From Candidatus Latescibacterota bacterium (GTDB taxonomy: Bacteria; Latescibacterota; UBA2968): a DNA stretch of 64,000 nucleotides. Within the stretch, counting starts at the first letter, position 1, and every line of letters begins with the position of its first letter. This document shows positions 37,360 to 47,075 of this stretch, piece after piece. Made by a program: the position numbers and the translations under genes. The notes beneath the pieces were generated by a model. The model was not told the DNA's origin, searched no databases, and saw only the letters and a program-made list of their open reading frames with translations. The stretch spans positions 4,832,001 through 4,896,000 of the forward strand of contig OZ242195.1 of NCBI GenBank assembly GCA_965205975.1, in the 5' to 3' direction.

Positions 37360-38907
37360 TCATGCGCGGGCTGTCTCGAATCCCACCAGGTTGCGGGTTT
37401 CTCGGCTGAACTCTACGGCGATGAGATGTATCGGCTCGCCGCGATCGCGGTATTTGTCGGCGTAGCGTTTCTGTTTCAGTTGCGCCATTGCGGTGCCTTC
37501 GGGTGCTAATTCGACTACTTTAAACTCGAACAGATACACATTGCCGTTGAAGCGAACTGCCATGTCCAGACGACCATGGCTGCTGCTGTCCTCCACAACG
37601 ATGTCCAATCCCACCGATGCGAAGTAGGAGTAGAACACGCTGGCGTAATAGCCTTCGTAATTCGCTATGTCGTTTTTCGTATGCCACTGGTAGGGAATGC
37701 TGGCGAAGAACGCCTTGAACAGATTTTCCAGGCCAGCGAAGTCATTGACCAGCAACAGGTCGTATAGGCGGGCAATGTGTTCTGCCTGCTGCGTCGGGTT
37801 CCCAGTCAAGTGGTTCAGCAGGCTTCTGTTCAAGCTCTGGCGCACTTCCTGGTTTGGATAGCCCAGACGGTAGTAGGTCAGGCTACCGCGCGGTTCGGTA
37901 TGGTGTATGGTCTGATAGCCAGTCTGAAATAGCAGTGCTTGAGTGGCTATATCGTCAACGTCAAATGTAGATAATAATTCGTCGCTGCCCAGCATATCGT
38001 CCAGGTCTATAGAACTCACTCCGCGATCTACTAACGTGTTGACCAGAAACGTCGGTGTGCCGGTCTCAAACCAGTAGGCGCGAAACTCGCGGTTGCGGAA
38101 CAAGAGGAGGATGTCGAAGGGGTTGTACACTTTCTCCTCCCCTCGCCAGGAATAGCCGTTATACCAATCGCGGATTTGGTCTCGGTCCAGGCCGGGCAGT
38201 TCTGGCGCGAATACCGTGTCGAGGTCCTCTTCGGTGTAGCCGCATAAGGCGGAGTAATGCGGGTCGATAGTGATGTCAGTGAGGTTGTTGAGGCCCGAAA
38301 AGAGGCTGACTTTGGAGAATTTGCTGACGCCAGTGAGGAAAGTGAACTTGATATACGCGTCGCTGTCCTTGATGGTCGCGTACAGGCCGCGCAAGAAGTC
38401 GCGGTTGGCGCGTGCGACTTCTGGTACTTCGAGTGCGTCCAGAATTGGCTTGTCGTATTCATCTACCAGAACGGCCACTGACTGCCCGGCACGATCATGC
38501 AGTGCCTCTATCAGATAGGCGAAACGCTCGGGCGCGGTGGTGTAGTCGGACTTTATGCCCTCTCGACGTTCAACTGCGTCCAGTTGTGCCATCAAGTTCG
38601 TCTGTAGATATCCCGGCTCTTTGAAGTTGCCTCGACCAAAACTCAGGCGAATTACCGGATGGCGAACAGACCAGTCCCAGTGGCCGTGGATGTGAAGCCC
38701 ATCGAACAATGGTTCATTGCCTTCGAACAGTTCCTTCAGTGTGTCCAGAAACAGGCTCTTTCCAAAGCGACGCGGGCGCGACAGAAAATAGTGTTTCCCC
38801 TCGTCTATCATCCGCCGAATATAGGGTGTCTTATCGACGTAGTAGTAGTTCTCTTCTCGCATCTCGCGGAAGGTCTGAATACCGATGGGTAGTCTGCGTC
38901 TGGTCAT
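37360..38907 (-). CDS. AAA-ATPase-like + C-terminal PD-(D/E)XK nuclease protein
   Basis: LPIGIQTF, SRPRRFGKS (Walker A), LVDEYDKP (Walker B), GRLDM...FEFK. Confidence 0.92.
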   Translation of the reverse strand: MTRRRLPIGIQTFREMREENYYYVDKTPYIRRMIDEGKHYFLSRPRRFGKSLFLDTLKELFEGNEPLFDGLHIHGHWDWSVRHPVIRLSFGRGNFKEPGYLQTNLMAQLDAVERREGIKSDYTTAPERFAYLIEALHDRAGQSVAVLVDEYDKPILDALEVPEVARANRDFLRGLYATIKDSDAYIKFTFLTGVSKFSKVSLFSGLNNLTDITIDPHYSALCGYTEEDLDTVFAPELPGLDRDQIRDWYNGYSWRGEEKVYNPFDILLLFRNREFRAYWFETGTPTFLVNTLVDRGVSSIDLDDMLGSDELLSTFDVDDIATQALLFQTGYQTIHHTEPRGSLTYYRLGYPNQEVRQSLNRSLLNHLTGNPTQQAEHIARLYDLLLVNDFAGLENLFKAFFASIPYQWHTKNDIANYEGYYASVFYSYFASVGLDIVVEDSSSHGRLDMAVRFNGNVYLFEFKVVELAPEGTAMAQLKQKRYADKYRDRGEPIHLIAVEFSRETRNLVGFETARA

Positions 38908-38940
38908 GATTTACTCCTGTTTGCCCTCTTCAAATAGATC

Positions 38941-40002
38941 CTACAGCCGGATCCAATCTGATAGATTCTCATGCTGGAAGATCATGGTTTCCTGGATGCT
39001 CGACATCCGCCCTTTTCCCGCTTCTTTGGCCCGTTGATACATTGCATAAGCAATAGCGACATCGACATAGGCCAGGCCAACGGCGTTGAAGTAGGCCCGT
39101 TCTTCGGGGGTCTCTCTTCCTCCTTTTTCGCCGGAGACGACTTCGACGAGGTTTGCGTAGATGTCTTCGTCCGAGAGTTGTCCGTCCTTATACATGCGAC
39201 TGAGCGTTTGCGTTCTGTGCTTTACGGTTTCCCAATCGTCGCACACAATTTTGTCGCATTGTCTCGCCACGTCATACTCGTCCTCCCAGCCGCCGATATG
39301 GCTGTAGAAAGTGCCGGGCTTTATCCATGCCGCTTTGAGAAGCGGGGCTTGTGCGCTCGTGGCTGTGACGAGAATGTCGGCGCCCTCTATGGCCCGCTGT
39401 GCGTTTGTATGGGCGGCGGAAAAACGCATGTCTCGAAAGAGTGTCGCCATTTCGTTGATGAATTGCTGCTCTTCGTGGTCATGTTTGGCAGAGACCCGGC
39501 ACTCCTCAAGGCCGGGAAACACCGTTTTCATGGCGATCAAGTGCATCTTTGCCTGTTCCCCTGCGCCAATAAAAGCAATGCTCGTGGAATCCGGTCTTGC
39601 GAAATGCCTGGCAGCAATAGCACCCATTGCGCCTACGCGCATATTCGAGCACAGGGTGCCATCCATAAAGGCAATGGGGTAGCCTTTCTCGATTTCGGAT
39701 AGGATGAAGACCGCAGAGAGATTCTGCTGGCCGTATTTCTCGGGATTGAACGGAAATACGGATACCCACTTAGCCCCGCAGACTTTTTCGGGTAAGAGGG
39801 TTGCCGGCAGGCAGTTAATGCGATCCTGGGTGTCTTCATTGAAAATCTGAACTACTTTTTCTGGAAATAGGATGTCGTTTTTTTGGTAGGCGAGCATGGC
39901 GTTTTCAGCCGCACTCATGGCCAGCCGTATGTCCAGGCATCCGGCTTGCAGGAGGTCTTCTTGCGAGAGGAAGAGACATTCGATGCGATGCTTATCCGTC
40001 AT
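38941..40002 (-). CDS. Ornithine cyclodeaminase/mu-crystallin family protein
   Basis: RINCLPA, GAKWVSVFPFN, IGAGEQA, NAVGLAYVD; AAGGAG before ATG 40002. Confidence 0.9.
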   Translation of the reverse strand: MTDKHRIECLFLSQEDLLQAGCLDIRLAMSAAENAMLAYQKNDILFPEKVVQIFNEDTQDRINCLPATLLPEKVCGAKWVSVFPFNPEKYGQQNLSAVFILSEIEKGYPIAFMDGTLCSNMRVGAMGAIAARHFARPDSTSIAFIGAGEQAKMHLIAMKTVFPGLEECRVSAKHDHEEQQFINEMATLFRDMRFSAAHTNAQRAIEGADILVTATSAQAPLLKAAWIKPGTFYSHIGGWEDEYDVARQCDKIVCDDWETVKHRTQTLSRMYKDGQLSDEDIYANLVEVVSGEKGGRETPEERAYFNAVGLAYVDVAIAYAMYQRAKEAGKGRMSSIQETMIFQHENLSDWIRL

Positions 40003-40015
40003 GGGTTCTCCTTTT

Positions 40016-41056
40016 TTAGAGATTAACGCGCAGATTGCCCGCGTGGTGGGAGTCCAGGATGCCGAGCATGATTTGAAGTGTTTTTCTGGCTTCGCGTGCG
40101 GGCGAGACGAGTGTGCCGCCGTTTTCCAGGACGTGGATGAGTTCCGAGACTGCGCCAATTTGTCGGATCGATATATAGGGTTCTACGGGGACTGCTGCCT
40201 GCGACCACCAGCGCGGCTCTTGTGGGGTAATGACCTCAAATTTTTGATCTGAGATTTCAATCCGTCCATTTTCACACGTCAGAGAAAATTTTGATCCGTT
40301 AAATGCCATTTTGTGGCAGTTGTAAAATGCGCGTACGTCATTGTCAAAATGGATGTACGCGGAGGCATAGGGGTCGGTCGCAGGGTCGTGTCCGCCGTCG
40401 CCTTTGTATTCGGTGAAGTGCTCGAATCCGGGTTCCAATTCGCCGACCAGCCATTCGGGATTTGCTTCGGCAAAGAAGCACATCATGTCGATCATGTGCG
40501 TGCCGTTGCGGAACATCATGGCGCGCGTCCCAAATTGGTCGCAGACGATGGTTCGCAAGCGACCCAATTCGCCGGATCGGATCATTTCCCGTGCTTGTAG
40601 ATAACTCGGATACCAGCGGCGCGTGTGTTCTATCGAGAGCGGTACGTTATTTGCTTCTGCGGCTGCGATCATGCGGTCGGCGTCTTCCATGGTTGTCGCA
40701 ATGGGTTTTTCACACAGGATTGCCTGTGCGGATCCTTCGGCTGCTGCGACTGTGATATCGGCGTGTGCGTGATCAGATGTCACGACACTGACCAGGTCGG
40801 GCTGCTCTTTGTCCAGCATTTCCCTGAAATCTGTGTACGTGTTCACATCGGGCCAGACATCGCCCCATCGTTCGCAGAAGTCATCCATCACCTCCTGACG
40901 CAGGTCGCATACGCCGACGACTTCTGTCTGTGCGTGTTTGTGATATGCCGATGCGTGTGACGGTGGCATGGCACCAAAGACAGGTCCTCTCGTTTCATGC
41001 GGGCGGCTGGCACCAATGCCCGTCAAGCCTACGATTACAGCGCGGTATGTGTTCAT
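40016..41056 (-). CDS. Gfo/Idh/MocA oxidoreductase
   Basis: VGLTGIG, CEKPIA, NGTHMID. Confidence 0.88.
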   Translation of the reverse strand: MNTYRAVIVGLTGIGASRPHETRGPVFGAMPPSHASAYHKHAQTEVVGVCDLRQEVMDDFCERWGDVWPDVNTYTDFREMLDKEQPDLVSVVTSDHAHADITVAAAEGSAQAILCEKPIATTMEDADRMIAAAEANNVPLSIEHTRRWYPSYLQAREMIRSGELGRLRTIVCDQFGTRAMMFRNGTHMIDMMCFFAEANPEWLVGELEPGFEHFTEYKGDGGHDPATDPYASAYIHFDNDVRAFYNCHKMAFNGSKFSLTCENGRIEISDQKFEVITPQEPRWWSQAAVPVEPYISIRQIGAVSELIHVLENGGTLVSPAREARKTLQIMLGILDSHHAGNLRVNL

Positions 41057-41072
41057 TGTATTTCCTCCCTGA

Positions 41073-42122
41073 TTAATCCAGTAAGCGGTCAACGAGATGG
41101 TCTTCTGCGTCAATTAAAGGATGTTGCTCATTTTGCAAGGGCAAGGTGACGGGTTCGCCTGTGTGTGCGGCTTGATAGGCGGCTGTTGTGAGCAGGGCAA
41201 CGGATAGTCCGTCTTCTGCACTGGTGACGGGTGTTGTGTCTTGTTCGATGCAGTCGATGAGATGCGCCACACAGGCCGCCAATCCCGCTGCTCTGGGCGG
41301 TGGTGTATCGACGAGTTGTCCGTTGACGGAATATCCCAGGCGATCTACTTGAACCCACGCGCCTTCGCCCGTGATGTTGACGCAATCGAATGTGGCATCT
41401 TCGCTTCGCGCCTTTGACCTTCCTGCGGTGAGTGTTGCCGTGAAATCGGGATATTCACACCAGAGCGTGGCGATGTCTTCTGTGCCAAATTGCGCGTATT
41501 CCTCAAAATAGAGATTTTGCATTTGGCAATTCACCCTGTTGGGCATGCCAAAAAACCAGAGCAGAGCATCTACGGTATGGCTGCCCAAATTCATCAGTTC
41601 ACCCCCGCCATTTTGCACGGCTGGCGTCGGATAGCTTACATAAGCCATGAGGTCGCCAAAAAATTGCTTCACGCTGTTGTGGACATACGCGGAGATACGT
41701 CCGTATTCGCCTTGGTCGAGGGCGTCTTTGAGTTTTATCATTGTGGGTGAGAACCGAGAGGGATACGTCAGAAGCACTTTGTTTGATGCGCTGGCAACAG
41801 TATCGACTAATTCTCTGGCTTCGACAACGGTTCTCGCTATGGCTTTATCGACCAGGACGTGTTTGCCGCAGGCGAGTGCTTTTTTGATCAGGGTGCGTTT
41901 AAGATAGAAGTCCGTGCAGATGGAGACGATATCTACGTTCGGGTCTTCCAGAACTGTGTCGTAGTCTCGCGCGACCTCAAGGCCGTAGAGCTGAGATAGT
42001 GCCTCGCCTTTGCCTTCGTGATGCTCTGCCGCTGCGACGATTTTGCAATCCTCTCGTTCATGCCAGATTGGGCCGTAGCTGTTCTGGTGCGCCCGATTGC
42101 CAATGAGTCCAATGCGATACAT
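41073..42122 (-). CDS. Gfo/Idh/MocA oxidoreductase
   Basis: KHVLVDKAIA, GGGELMNLGSHTVD. Confidence 0.82.
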   Translation of the reverse strand: MYRIGLIGNRAHQNSYGPIWHEREDCKIVAAAEHHEGKGEALSQLYGLEVARDYDTVLEDPNVDIVSICTDFYLKRTLIKKALACGKHVLVDKAIARTVVEARELVDTVASASNKVLLTYPSRFSPTMIKLKDALDQGEYGRISAYVHNSVKQFFGDLMAYVSYPTPAVQNGGGELMNLGSHTVDALLWFFGMPNRVNCQMQNLYFEEYAQFGTEDIATLWCEYPDFTATLTAGRSKARSEDATFDCVNITGEGAWVQVDRLGYSVNGQLVDTPPPRAAGLAACVAHLIDCIEQDTTPVTSAEDGLSVALLTTAAYQAAHTGEPVTLPLQNEQHPLIDAEDHLVDRLLD

Positions 42123-42125
42123 GGG

Positions 42126-42947
42126 TTATTTCCCTCCGTAGGTTGGCGATGTAAATTCGGGCTGCTGTGACCAGTGGTCAATTTTTCCCATGATGCCGTA
42201 GAGTTCGGGACGCCGGTCGCTCAGATGGTTTTCATCGGATGCGTCCTTTAGATCGACTTTGTGGATTAACACGTCGGGTACGTTGGATTGCAATTTTGCC
42301 GCGACTTTGCCGCGTGGGTCTGTGATCAGAGCGACATTGGGATGCGTGAAGCACACGAACGTCTGATTTTCATAGGATCGCGTGCGCATCCACCATTCAT
42401 TTTCTTCATGCCACATGCCATAGGTTGGCATGAGACAGATTTTTGCGCCTTTGAGCCGCAATGTGCGAATTGATTCGGGCCATCGGCGGTCCGCGCAAAT
42501 GACTATGCCCACGGTGCCAATGTCGAGGTCGAATATGGGCAGGTCATCGCCGCGCACAAAACGGTGATCGTGCGATTGTAGATGCGTTTTGTAATATGTG
42601 CCGACAATTTTTCCCGCGCGGTTCACTAATATAGCGGCATTGTAAAAATATCCCGCGCGTTTTTCAGTGTATCCAAAAACGATGTGGGTGCGCGATGCGC
42701 GTGCCATTTTGCATACCTGTTGGATGTACGCGCTTTGCTCGACGTCCTGAGCGACTTTGGCAAAGCGCTCAGCGGTCCAATTTTTTTCGGTTACTGCATA
42801 TCCGTCCAGGAAGCATTCCGGGGTTATGAATACGTCTGTATCTTTTCCCTGTGTTTCAAATTGTTTTTCAAATATCGCCCAATTGTTCTCGACATTCCAT
42901 TTTTCGGGCATGGCTTTCAGCATTCCAATTTTGATTTCATCAGGCAT
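42126..42947 (-). CDS. Carbon-nitrogen hydrolase (nitrilase superfamily)
   Basis: E-K-C triad: TPEC, YYKTH, ICADRRWPE. Confidence 0.9.
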   Translation of the reverse strand: MPDEIKIGMLKAMPEKWNVENNWAIFEKQFETQGKDTDVFITPECFLDGYAVTEKNWTAERFAKVAQDVEQSAYIQQVCKMARASRTHIVFGYTEKRAGYFYNAAILVNRAGKIVGTYYKTHLQSHDHRFVRGDDLPIFDLDIGTVGIVICADRRWPESIRTLRLKGAKICLMPTYGMWHEENEWWMRTRSYENQTFVCFTHPNVALITDPRGKVAAKLQSNVPDVLIHKVDLKDASDENHLSDRRPELYGIMGKIDHWSQQPEFTSPTYGGK

Positions 42948-44106
42948 GTTGTTTCTCCTCTTCTACACCTCTCAGAGCTTGTTCAAAATCCGCGCATAAG
43001 TCCTCTGCGGCTTCGATGCCAACTGCTACGCGGATCAGTCGTTCGGAGATTCCCGCGTCGCGGCGTTCTTCTTCGGTGAGTCCGGAGTGCGATGTTTGTA
43101 CAGGGCGGGTGATGAGTGTTTCGATGCCGCCCAGGCTGGGCGCGGAGATTGGCAATTGTAGTTTCGATATTACTGCGTCGGCTACGCGGCTATCGCCGGC
43201 TATTTCAAAGCTCAATACGCCGCCACATCCGTTAAATAGTGTTTTTGCACAGTTGTGTTGCGGGTGGCTGGGTGAGCCAGGGTAATTTACGCGTTCTACA
43301 GCGGGATGGTTCTCCAGGAAAGAAGATAGTGCGTGTGCGTTTTCGTTTTGTTTTTCCACGCGCAGGACGAGTGTTTTCATGCCGCGCAATAAGAGAGAGC
43401 AGGCGTGTGGGTCCAGGCAGCCGCCCATGATGTTCAGTCGATGCACAATGCGGGTGATTAGATCGTGCGATCCAATTGCGCAGCCAGCGACGATATCCGA
43501 ATGTCCGTTCAGATATTTTGTGCAGCTGTGCAAGGAGAGGTCAAAGCCGATTTGCAGGGGGCGGAAGTTTACCGGGGAGGCAAAGGTGTTGTCGATCATG
43601 GAGATGAGGTTGTGGGTTTGGGCAAAGGCGACGACGGATGGGAGGTCGGCGACTTCCAGGAGGGGGTTGCTCATGGTTTCGACATAGATGGCGCGGGTTT
43701 CGGGGCGGATGAGTTTTTCCCATTCATGTGGCGCGTTTCCGGATACGAAATCCACGTCGATCCCGAAGTCGGCGATGTCGCGTGCCAAAAAGACTCGCGT
43801 TCCGCCGTAGAGGCAATTTTGTGCGAGTAGGTGGTCGCCTTTTTTTAATACGGTTAATAGGGCGGTGGTTATGGCTGCCATGCCCGATGCGGTGACTACG
43901 GCGGCTTCGCCTCCTGCAATTTGCGCCAATTTTTCATGGACTACGGTGTGATTGGGGGTGTTGTTCAGGCGAAGATATTTTATGTCGTGATAACTGTCTT
44001 CACTGCTGTATGAAAATGTGGCGCTCTGAAATACGGGTAGCGCGACCGCGCCTTCGTATTGTTTTTCTTCTTCACCTGCGTGGATTAATTGCGTTTCAAG
44101 GTTCAT
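42940..44106 (-). CDS. PLP-dependent trans-sulfuration enzyme (cystathionine gamma-lyase/synthase family)
   Basis: ASGMAAI, LYGGT, DNTFASP, HSCTKYLNGHSD, SLGG, RVAVGIE. Confidence 0.92.
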   Translation of the reverse strand: MNLETQLIHAGEEEKQYEGAVALPVFQSATFSYSSEDSYHDIKYLRLNNTPNHTVVHEKLAQIAGGEAAVVTASGMAAITTALLTVLKKGDHLLAQNCLYGGTRVFLARDIADFGIDVDFVSGNAPHEWEKLIRPETRAIYVETMSNPLLEVADLPSVVAFAQTHNLISMIDNTFASPVNFRPLQIGFDLSLHSCTKYLNGHSDIVAGCAIGSHDLITRIVHRLNIMGGCLDPHACSLLLRGMKTLVLRVEKQNENAHALSSFLENHPAVERVNYPGSPSHPQHNCAKTLFNGCGGVLSFEIAGDSRVADAVISKLQLPISAPSLGGIETLITRPVQTSHSGLTEEERRDAGISERLIRVAVGIEAAEDLCADFEQALRGVEEEKQHA

Positions 44107-44165
44107 GAGTGGTTCCTTGGGAATTAGTGATCGGTAGTAAAAACGCGACAGCAATTCCTCCATTT

Positions 44166-44221
44166 GTCATCGCGGCATGGTTTTGAGCCGCGATCCAGAA
44201 GGTTTTTAGCTGACCGCTGAT
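44166..44221. repeat. Second copy of the GTCA...TCCAG palindromic repeat
   Basis: Inverted match to 25516-25571. Confidence 0.8.
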
Positions 44222-44315
44222 CGCTCATCTTTTCCCTATGATTATACATTCTGACGCTGGGAGCAACCCAAAACATCATTGCCTTATGCTATCCGGGATA
44301 ATTGCCCGTTTCCGC

Positions 44316-44344
44316 TTGACAGTATTTGGCAGTTTTGATACTTT
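44316..44344 (+). promoter_or_regulatory. sigma70-type promoter of tRNA-Arg
   Basis: TTGACA-17 nt-TACTTT. Confidence 0.6.
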
Positions 44345-44397
44345 TATTCGTCTTACGACATTGTGTTGTCTCAAATATACTTAAGTTCTTGATTTTA

Positions 44398-44474
44398 GCG
44401 GATGTAGCTCAACTGGATAGAGCACCTGACTACGGATCAGACGGTTCCGGGTTCGAATCCTGGCATCCGCACCA
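44398..44474 (+). tRNA. tRNA-Arg(ACG)
   Basis: GCGGATG/CATCCGC acceptor stem, CT-ACG-GA loop, GGTTCGAATCC, encoded CCA. Confidence 0.96.
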
Positions 44475-44483
44475 GATAAGGAG

Positions 44484-44517
44484 AAGGGGTTACATCGCAA
44501 TGGTGTAACCCTTTTTT
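44484..44517 (+). terminator. Intrinsic terminator after tRNA-Arg
   Basis: gggttacatc-gcaat-ggtgtaaccc-tttttt. Confidence 0.8.
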
Positions 44518-44541
44518 CAAAAATAAAGGCGGGGATTTTAT

Positions 44542-45792
44542 ATGACGCGCTTTTTGAGACATAGCCTGTTTGCTCTGCTCGCTGTTTTTCTGTCTTCCCA
44601 CCCGATTTTTGCGACTGAGATTCCCCAGGGAGATCCCACAGAGTTGGGGTTTTCCGTAGAAGGTCTTGCGAAGATCCGACCCGCAATGCAGACGCTTGTG
44701 GATTCTGGGAAATTTGCAGGTGTTTTGACGCTGATTGCGCGAAGAGGTAAAATTGTCCATTTCGAGACTGCGGGCTTGCGCGATAGGGAATCGAATAAGC
44801 CGATGACGGCGGATACGCTTTTTCGCATTTATTCTATGACCAAACCGGTTACCAGTGTCGCTATTATGATGCTCTACGAAGAGGGCAAGCTGAAGATGGT
44901 CGATCCGGTGTCTAAGTTTATTCCCGAATTTGCCGATACAAAGGTCTATACGGGGGGCGGGACCGAGAATCCAGTTCTGGCACCGCTCGAGCGCGAGATA
45001 ACGATTGCGGATTTGTTGTCGCATACATCTGGTTTGACGTATGGCATTTTTGGGCAGACATCCGTGGATACGCTTTATCGGATTGCGAATCTGTATTCGT
45101 TCAATTCAAATGTCAAATATGCCCAGAAGGTGGCTCAGTTGCCTTTGCGTTTTCAGCCTGGGACGCGATGGCTCTATAGCGTAGCGACCGATATCCTCGG
45201 TAGTGTGGTCGAGGTTGCTTCAGGTATGCCTTTGGGGGAGTTTTTCTCGCAGCGCATTTTTGTGCCTTTAGAGATGGTCGATACGAGTTTTTATGTGCCG
45301 GAGGAAAAGCGCGACCGTCTGGCTACGGTGTATGGGAAGGACGATGAGGGTAATCTTGAGGCGCGTAGCCTTCGGAGCAATATGCGGCGCGATGCACGGG
45401 AGTCCGGTGGCGGGGGTTTGGTGAGTACGGCTCGGGATTATCTCCGTTTTTCTCAGATGTTGCTCAATGGGGGTGCGTTGTACGGTACGCGCATTTTGAA
45501 GCCGGAGACGATTCAGCTTATGGCGAGTAATCACTTGCCCGAGACGGCACGTTACCGACACCGGCAGCGCAAGAGCGATGGTTTTGGCTACGGTTTTTCT
45601 GTGATTGTGGATGAGACGGAGACGGCGTGGGAGGATAGGAATGGGACGTATTACTGGTCGGGTATTGCCAAGACGCATTTCTGGATTGATCCGCAAAATG
45701 AGATGATTTCTATGGTGTGGACCCAGTTGCGCGGATCGGGCAATATTACGCGGCCTTTCCAGCCTCTGGTTTACAAGGCGCTTGTGGAGTAG
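44542..45792 (+). CDS. Secreted serine hydrolase, beta-lactamase class C/esterase family
   Basis: Signal peptide, SMTK, LLSHTSG, QPGTRWLYS, WSG. Confidence 0.9.
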   Translation: MTRFLRHSLFALLAVFLSSHPIFATEIPQGDPTELGFSVEGLAKIRPAMQTLVDSGKFAGVLTLIARRGKIVHFETAGLRDRESNKPMTADTLFRIYSMTKPVTSVAIMMLYEEGKLKMVDPVSKFIPEFADTKVYTGGGTENPVLAPLEREITIADLLSHTSGLTYGIFGQTSVDTLYRIANLYSFNSNVKYAQKVAQLPLRFQPGTRWLYSVATDILGSVVEVASGMPLGEFFSQRIFVPLEMVDTSFYVPEEKRDRLATVYGKDDEGNLEARSLRSNMRRDARESGGGGLVSTARDYLRFSQMLLNGGALYGTRILKPETIQLMASNHLPETARYRHRQRKSDGFGYGFSVIVDETETAWEDRNGTYYWSGIAKTHFWIDPQNEMISMVWTQLRGSGNITRPFQPLVYKALVE

Positions 45793-45798
45793 GGAGGC

Positions 45799-45827
45799 TT
45801 GACAAAAGTATTGAACTTTATTAGGTT
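45799..45827 (+). promoter_or_regulatory. sigma70-type promoter of tRNA-Glu
   Basis: TTGACA-17 nt-TAGGTT. Confidence 0.6.
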
Positions 45828-45847
45828 GTCGCCATCATGTTGTGAGT

Positions 45848-45923
45848 GACCCCGTCGTTCAGTGGCCTAGGACACCAGACTCTCACTCTGGAGACGGGGG
45901 TTCGACTCCCCTCGGGGTCACCA
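45848..45923 (+). tRNA. tRNA-Glu(CTC)
   Basis: GACCCCG/CGGGGTC acceptor stem, ccaga-CT-CTC-AC-tctgg, GGTTCGACTCC, encoded CCA. Confidence 0.96.
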
Positions 45924-45948
45924 AAAAATAATAGTGTTTTTTAATATG

Positions 45949-45989
45949 AAAAAGGTCGTGGGATTTATTCCTCACGACCTTTTGTTTTT
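45949..45989. terminator. Bidirectional terminator after tRNA-Glu
   Basis: aaaaaggtcgtggga-tttat-tcctcacgaccttttgttttt; similar hairpin at 47305-47346. Confidence 0.8.
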
Positions 45990-46024
45990 CATTTTGAGGG
46001 AAAGTACTGGCGGATGTGTGATAT

Positions 46025-46390
46025 TTATGTATGGTGTTTTTGATAAAAGTCTTTTACTGTTGGTGGTGTCTCATCTGATTGGCAAAGTCCCTGTTGAATT
46101 TTGACCAATAGTTCATGTGATATAGGCGGTGCGTTGCTACAGTCACGTAGAATGATTTTGCTTCTCCATTCTTCAATTAGACAAGCATCCTCATAGTAGA
46201 TAATTGATTTTTTACTGATATTTGGATGGTCGTTAGGCGAGAGTATGCAGGTTTCATCTAATCCTCTACGCCATGAAGTTACATTCACCATTATTGTTTG
46301 TGGTGGATTGCCTACACACTCTGTTAAAAACAAATATAAGTGCCCACCGCCCCGATCATCAAGCCATACGCATCTTCCCGCTAATAACAT
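46025..46390 (-). CDS. Putative PemK/MazF-like toxin
   Basis: HLYLFL...IMVNVTS...DETCILSPNDHPNISKKSIIYY; starts 2 nt after the Panacea stop. Confidence 0.55.
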   Translation of the reverse strand: MLLAGRCVWLDDRGGGHLYLFLTECVGNPPQTIMVNVTSWRRGLDETCILSPNDHPNISKKSIIYYEDACLIEEWRSKIILRDCSNAPPISHELLVKIQQGLCQSDETPPTVKDFYQKHHT

Positions 46391-46392
46391 AT

Positions 46393-47019
46393 TTATCTCG
46401 TATTATCATTCTCCATATTTCTAAGCATATTTTCAAACTTTGCTTTTGCGTCAAATTCTTGCCTGATTGTTATTAAATCCTCGTCAGACCATCCCGTAGC
46501 TTTGAGCAAGGTATTCCAATCTATGGGATTAGATGAACCCCCTGGATCATCAAACTCTGGTAGAGAGTGCAGGTGGTTCTTTAATTGCCCAAAGGATTTA
46601 TTTCCAAATTCCTTAAATACATCATTTATCAGATCAATTTGTGCTTGTGATAGTTCATCACTGCTTATATCGTCTTTAATTAGTTTAATAATATACCCTT
46701 GTGGTCTGGAAAAATATTGAGACCAGTATTCGCCTTCCCAGGGTTTGCAAACAAGATCGTATGTATGACTTGGCGTTGGCCCCAATGGTAGATTATACGG
46801 ACGGTCAAAAGTCACGGGACGACCACGACGCTCCAAAGAGGTTCTATCAATGAGGTATATCAATTTGACAAGTTTATACACACTAATTTGACCGCCAGAA
46901 TAATGTGCAAGTAAAGCAGCAACTTGCGTTGTCCTGCGCTCATTAAACTCAGGAATATCTAATAGACTTGTATCAACCATGATAGTATCAGACATTTTCA
47001 AGTCCTCTGAACTTGTCAT
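46393..47019 (-). CDS. Panacea (SocA/DUF4065) antitoxin
   Basis: KLVKLIYLIDR, GRPVTFD, LPLGPTPSHTYD, ELSQAQIDLINDVFKEFG, HLHSLPEF. Confidence 0.85.
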   Translation of the reverse strand: MTSSEDLKMSDTIMVDTSLLDIPEFNERRTTQVAALLAHYSGGQISVYKLVKLIYLIDRTSLERRGRPVTFDRPYNLPLGPTPSHTYDLVCKPWEGEYWSQYFSRPQGYIIKLIKDDISSDELSQAQIDLINDVFKEFGNKSFGQLKNHLHSLPEFDDPGGSSNPIDWNTLLKATGWSDEDLITIRQEFDAKAKFENMLRNMENDNTR

Positions 47020-47037
47020 AAAATATTACGACACACA

Positions 47038-47075
47038 TTTCGTTGTATTATAGCTAAAATATACAACGAAAGCAA
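47038..47075 (-). promoter_or_regulatory. sigma70 promoter overlapped by an 11-bp inverted-repeat operator
   Basis: TTGCTT(47075-47070)-17 nt-TATAAT(47052-47047); arms tttcgttgtat 47038-47048 and atacaacgaaa 47061-47071. Confidence 0.72.

Noticed and set aside
34409..38907. Integron cassette array or prophage
   Set aside because: No integrase, no repeated attC-like sites, no phage structural genes
38941..40002. Cyclodeaminase as SbnB of a siderophore or diaminopropionate pathway
   Set aside because: No SbnA-like cysteine synthase or NIS/NRPS genes in the window
44425..44441. C-A mismatch at the top of the tRNA-Arg anticodon stem
   Set aside because: Single terminal mismatches are tolerated; the rest of the cloverleaf, promoter and terminator are normal
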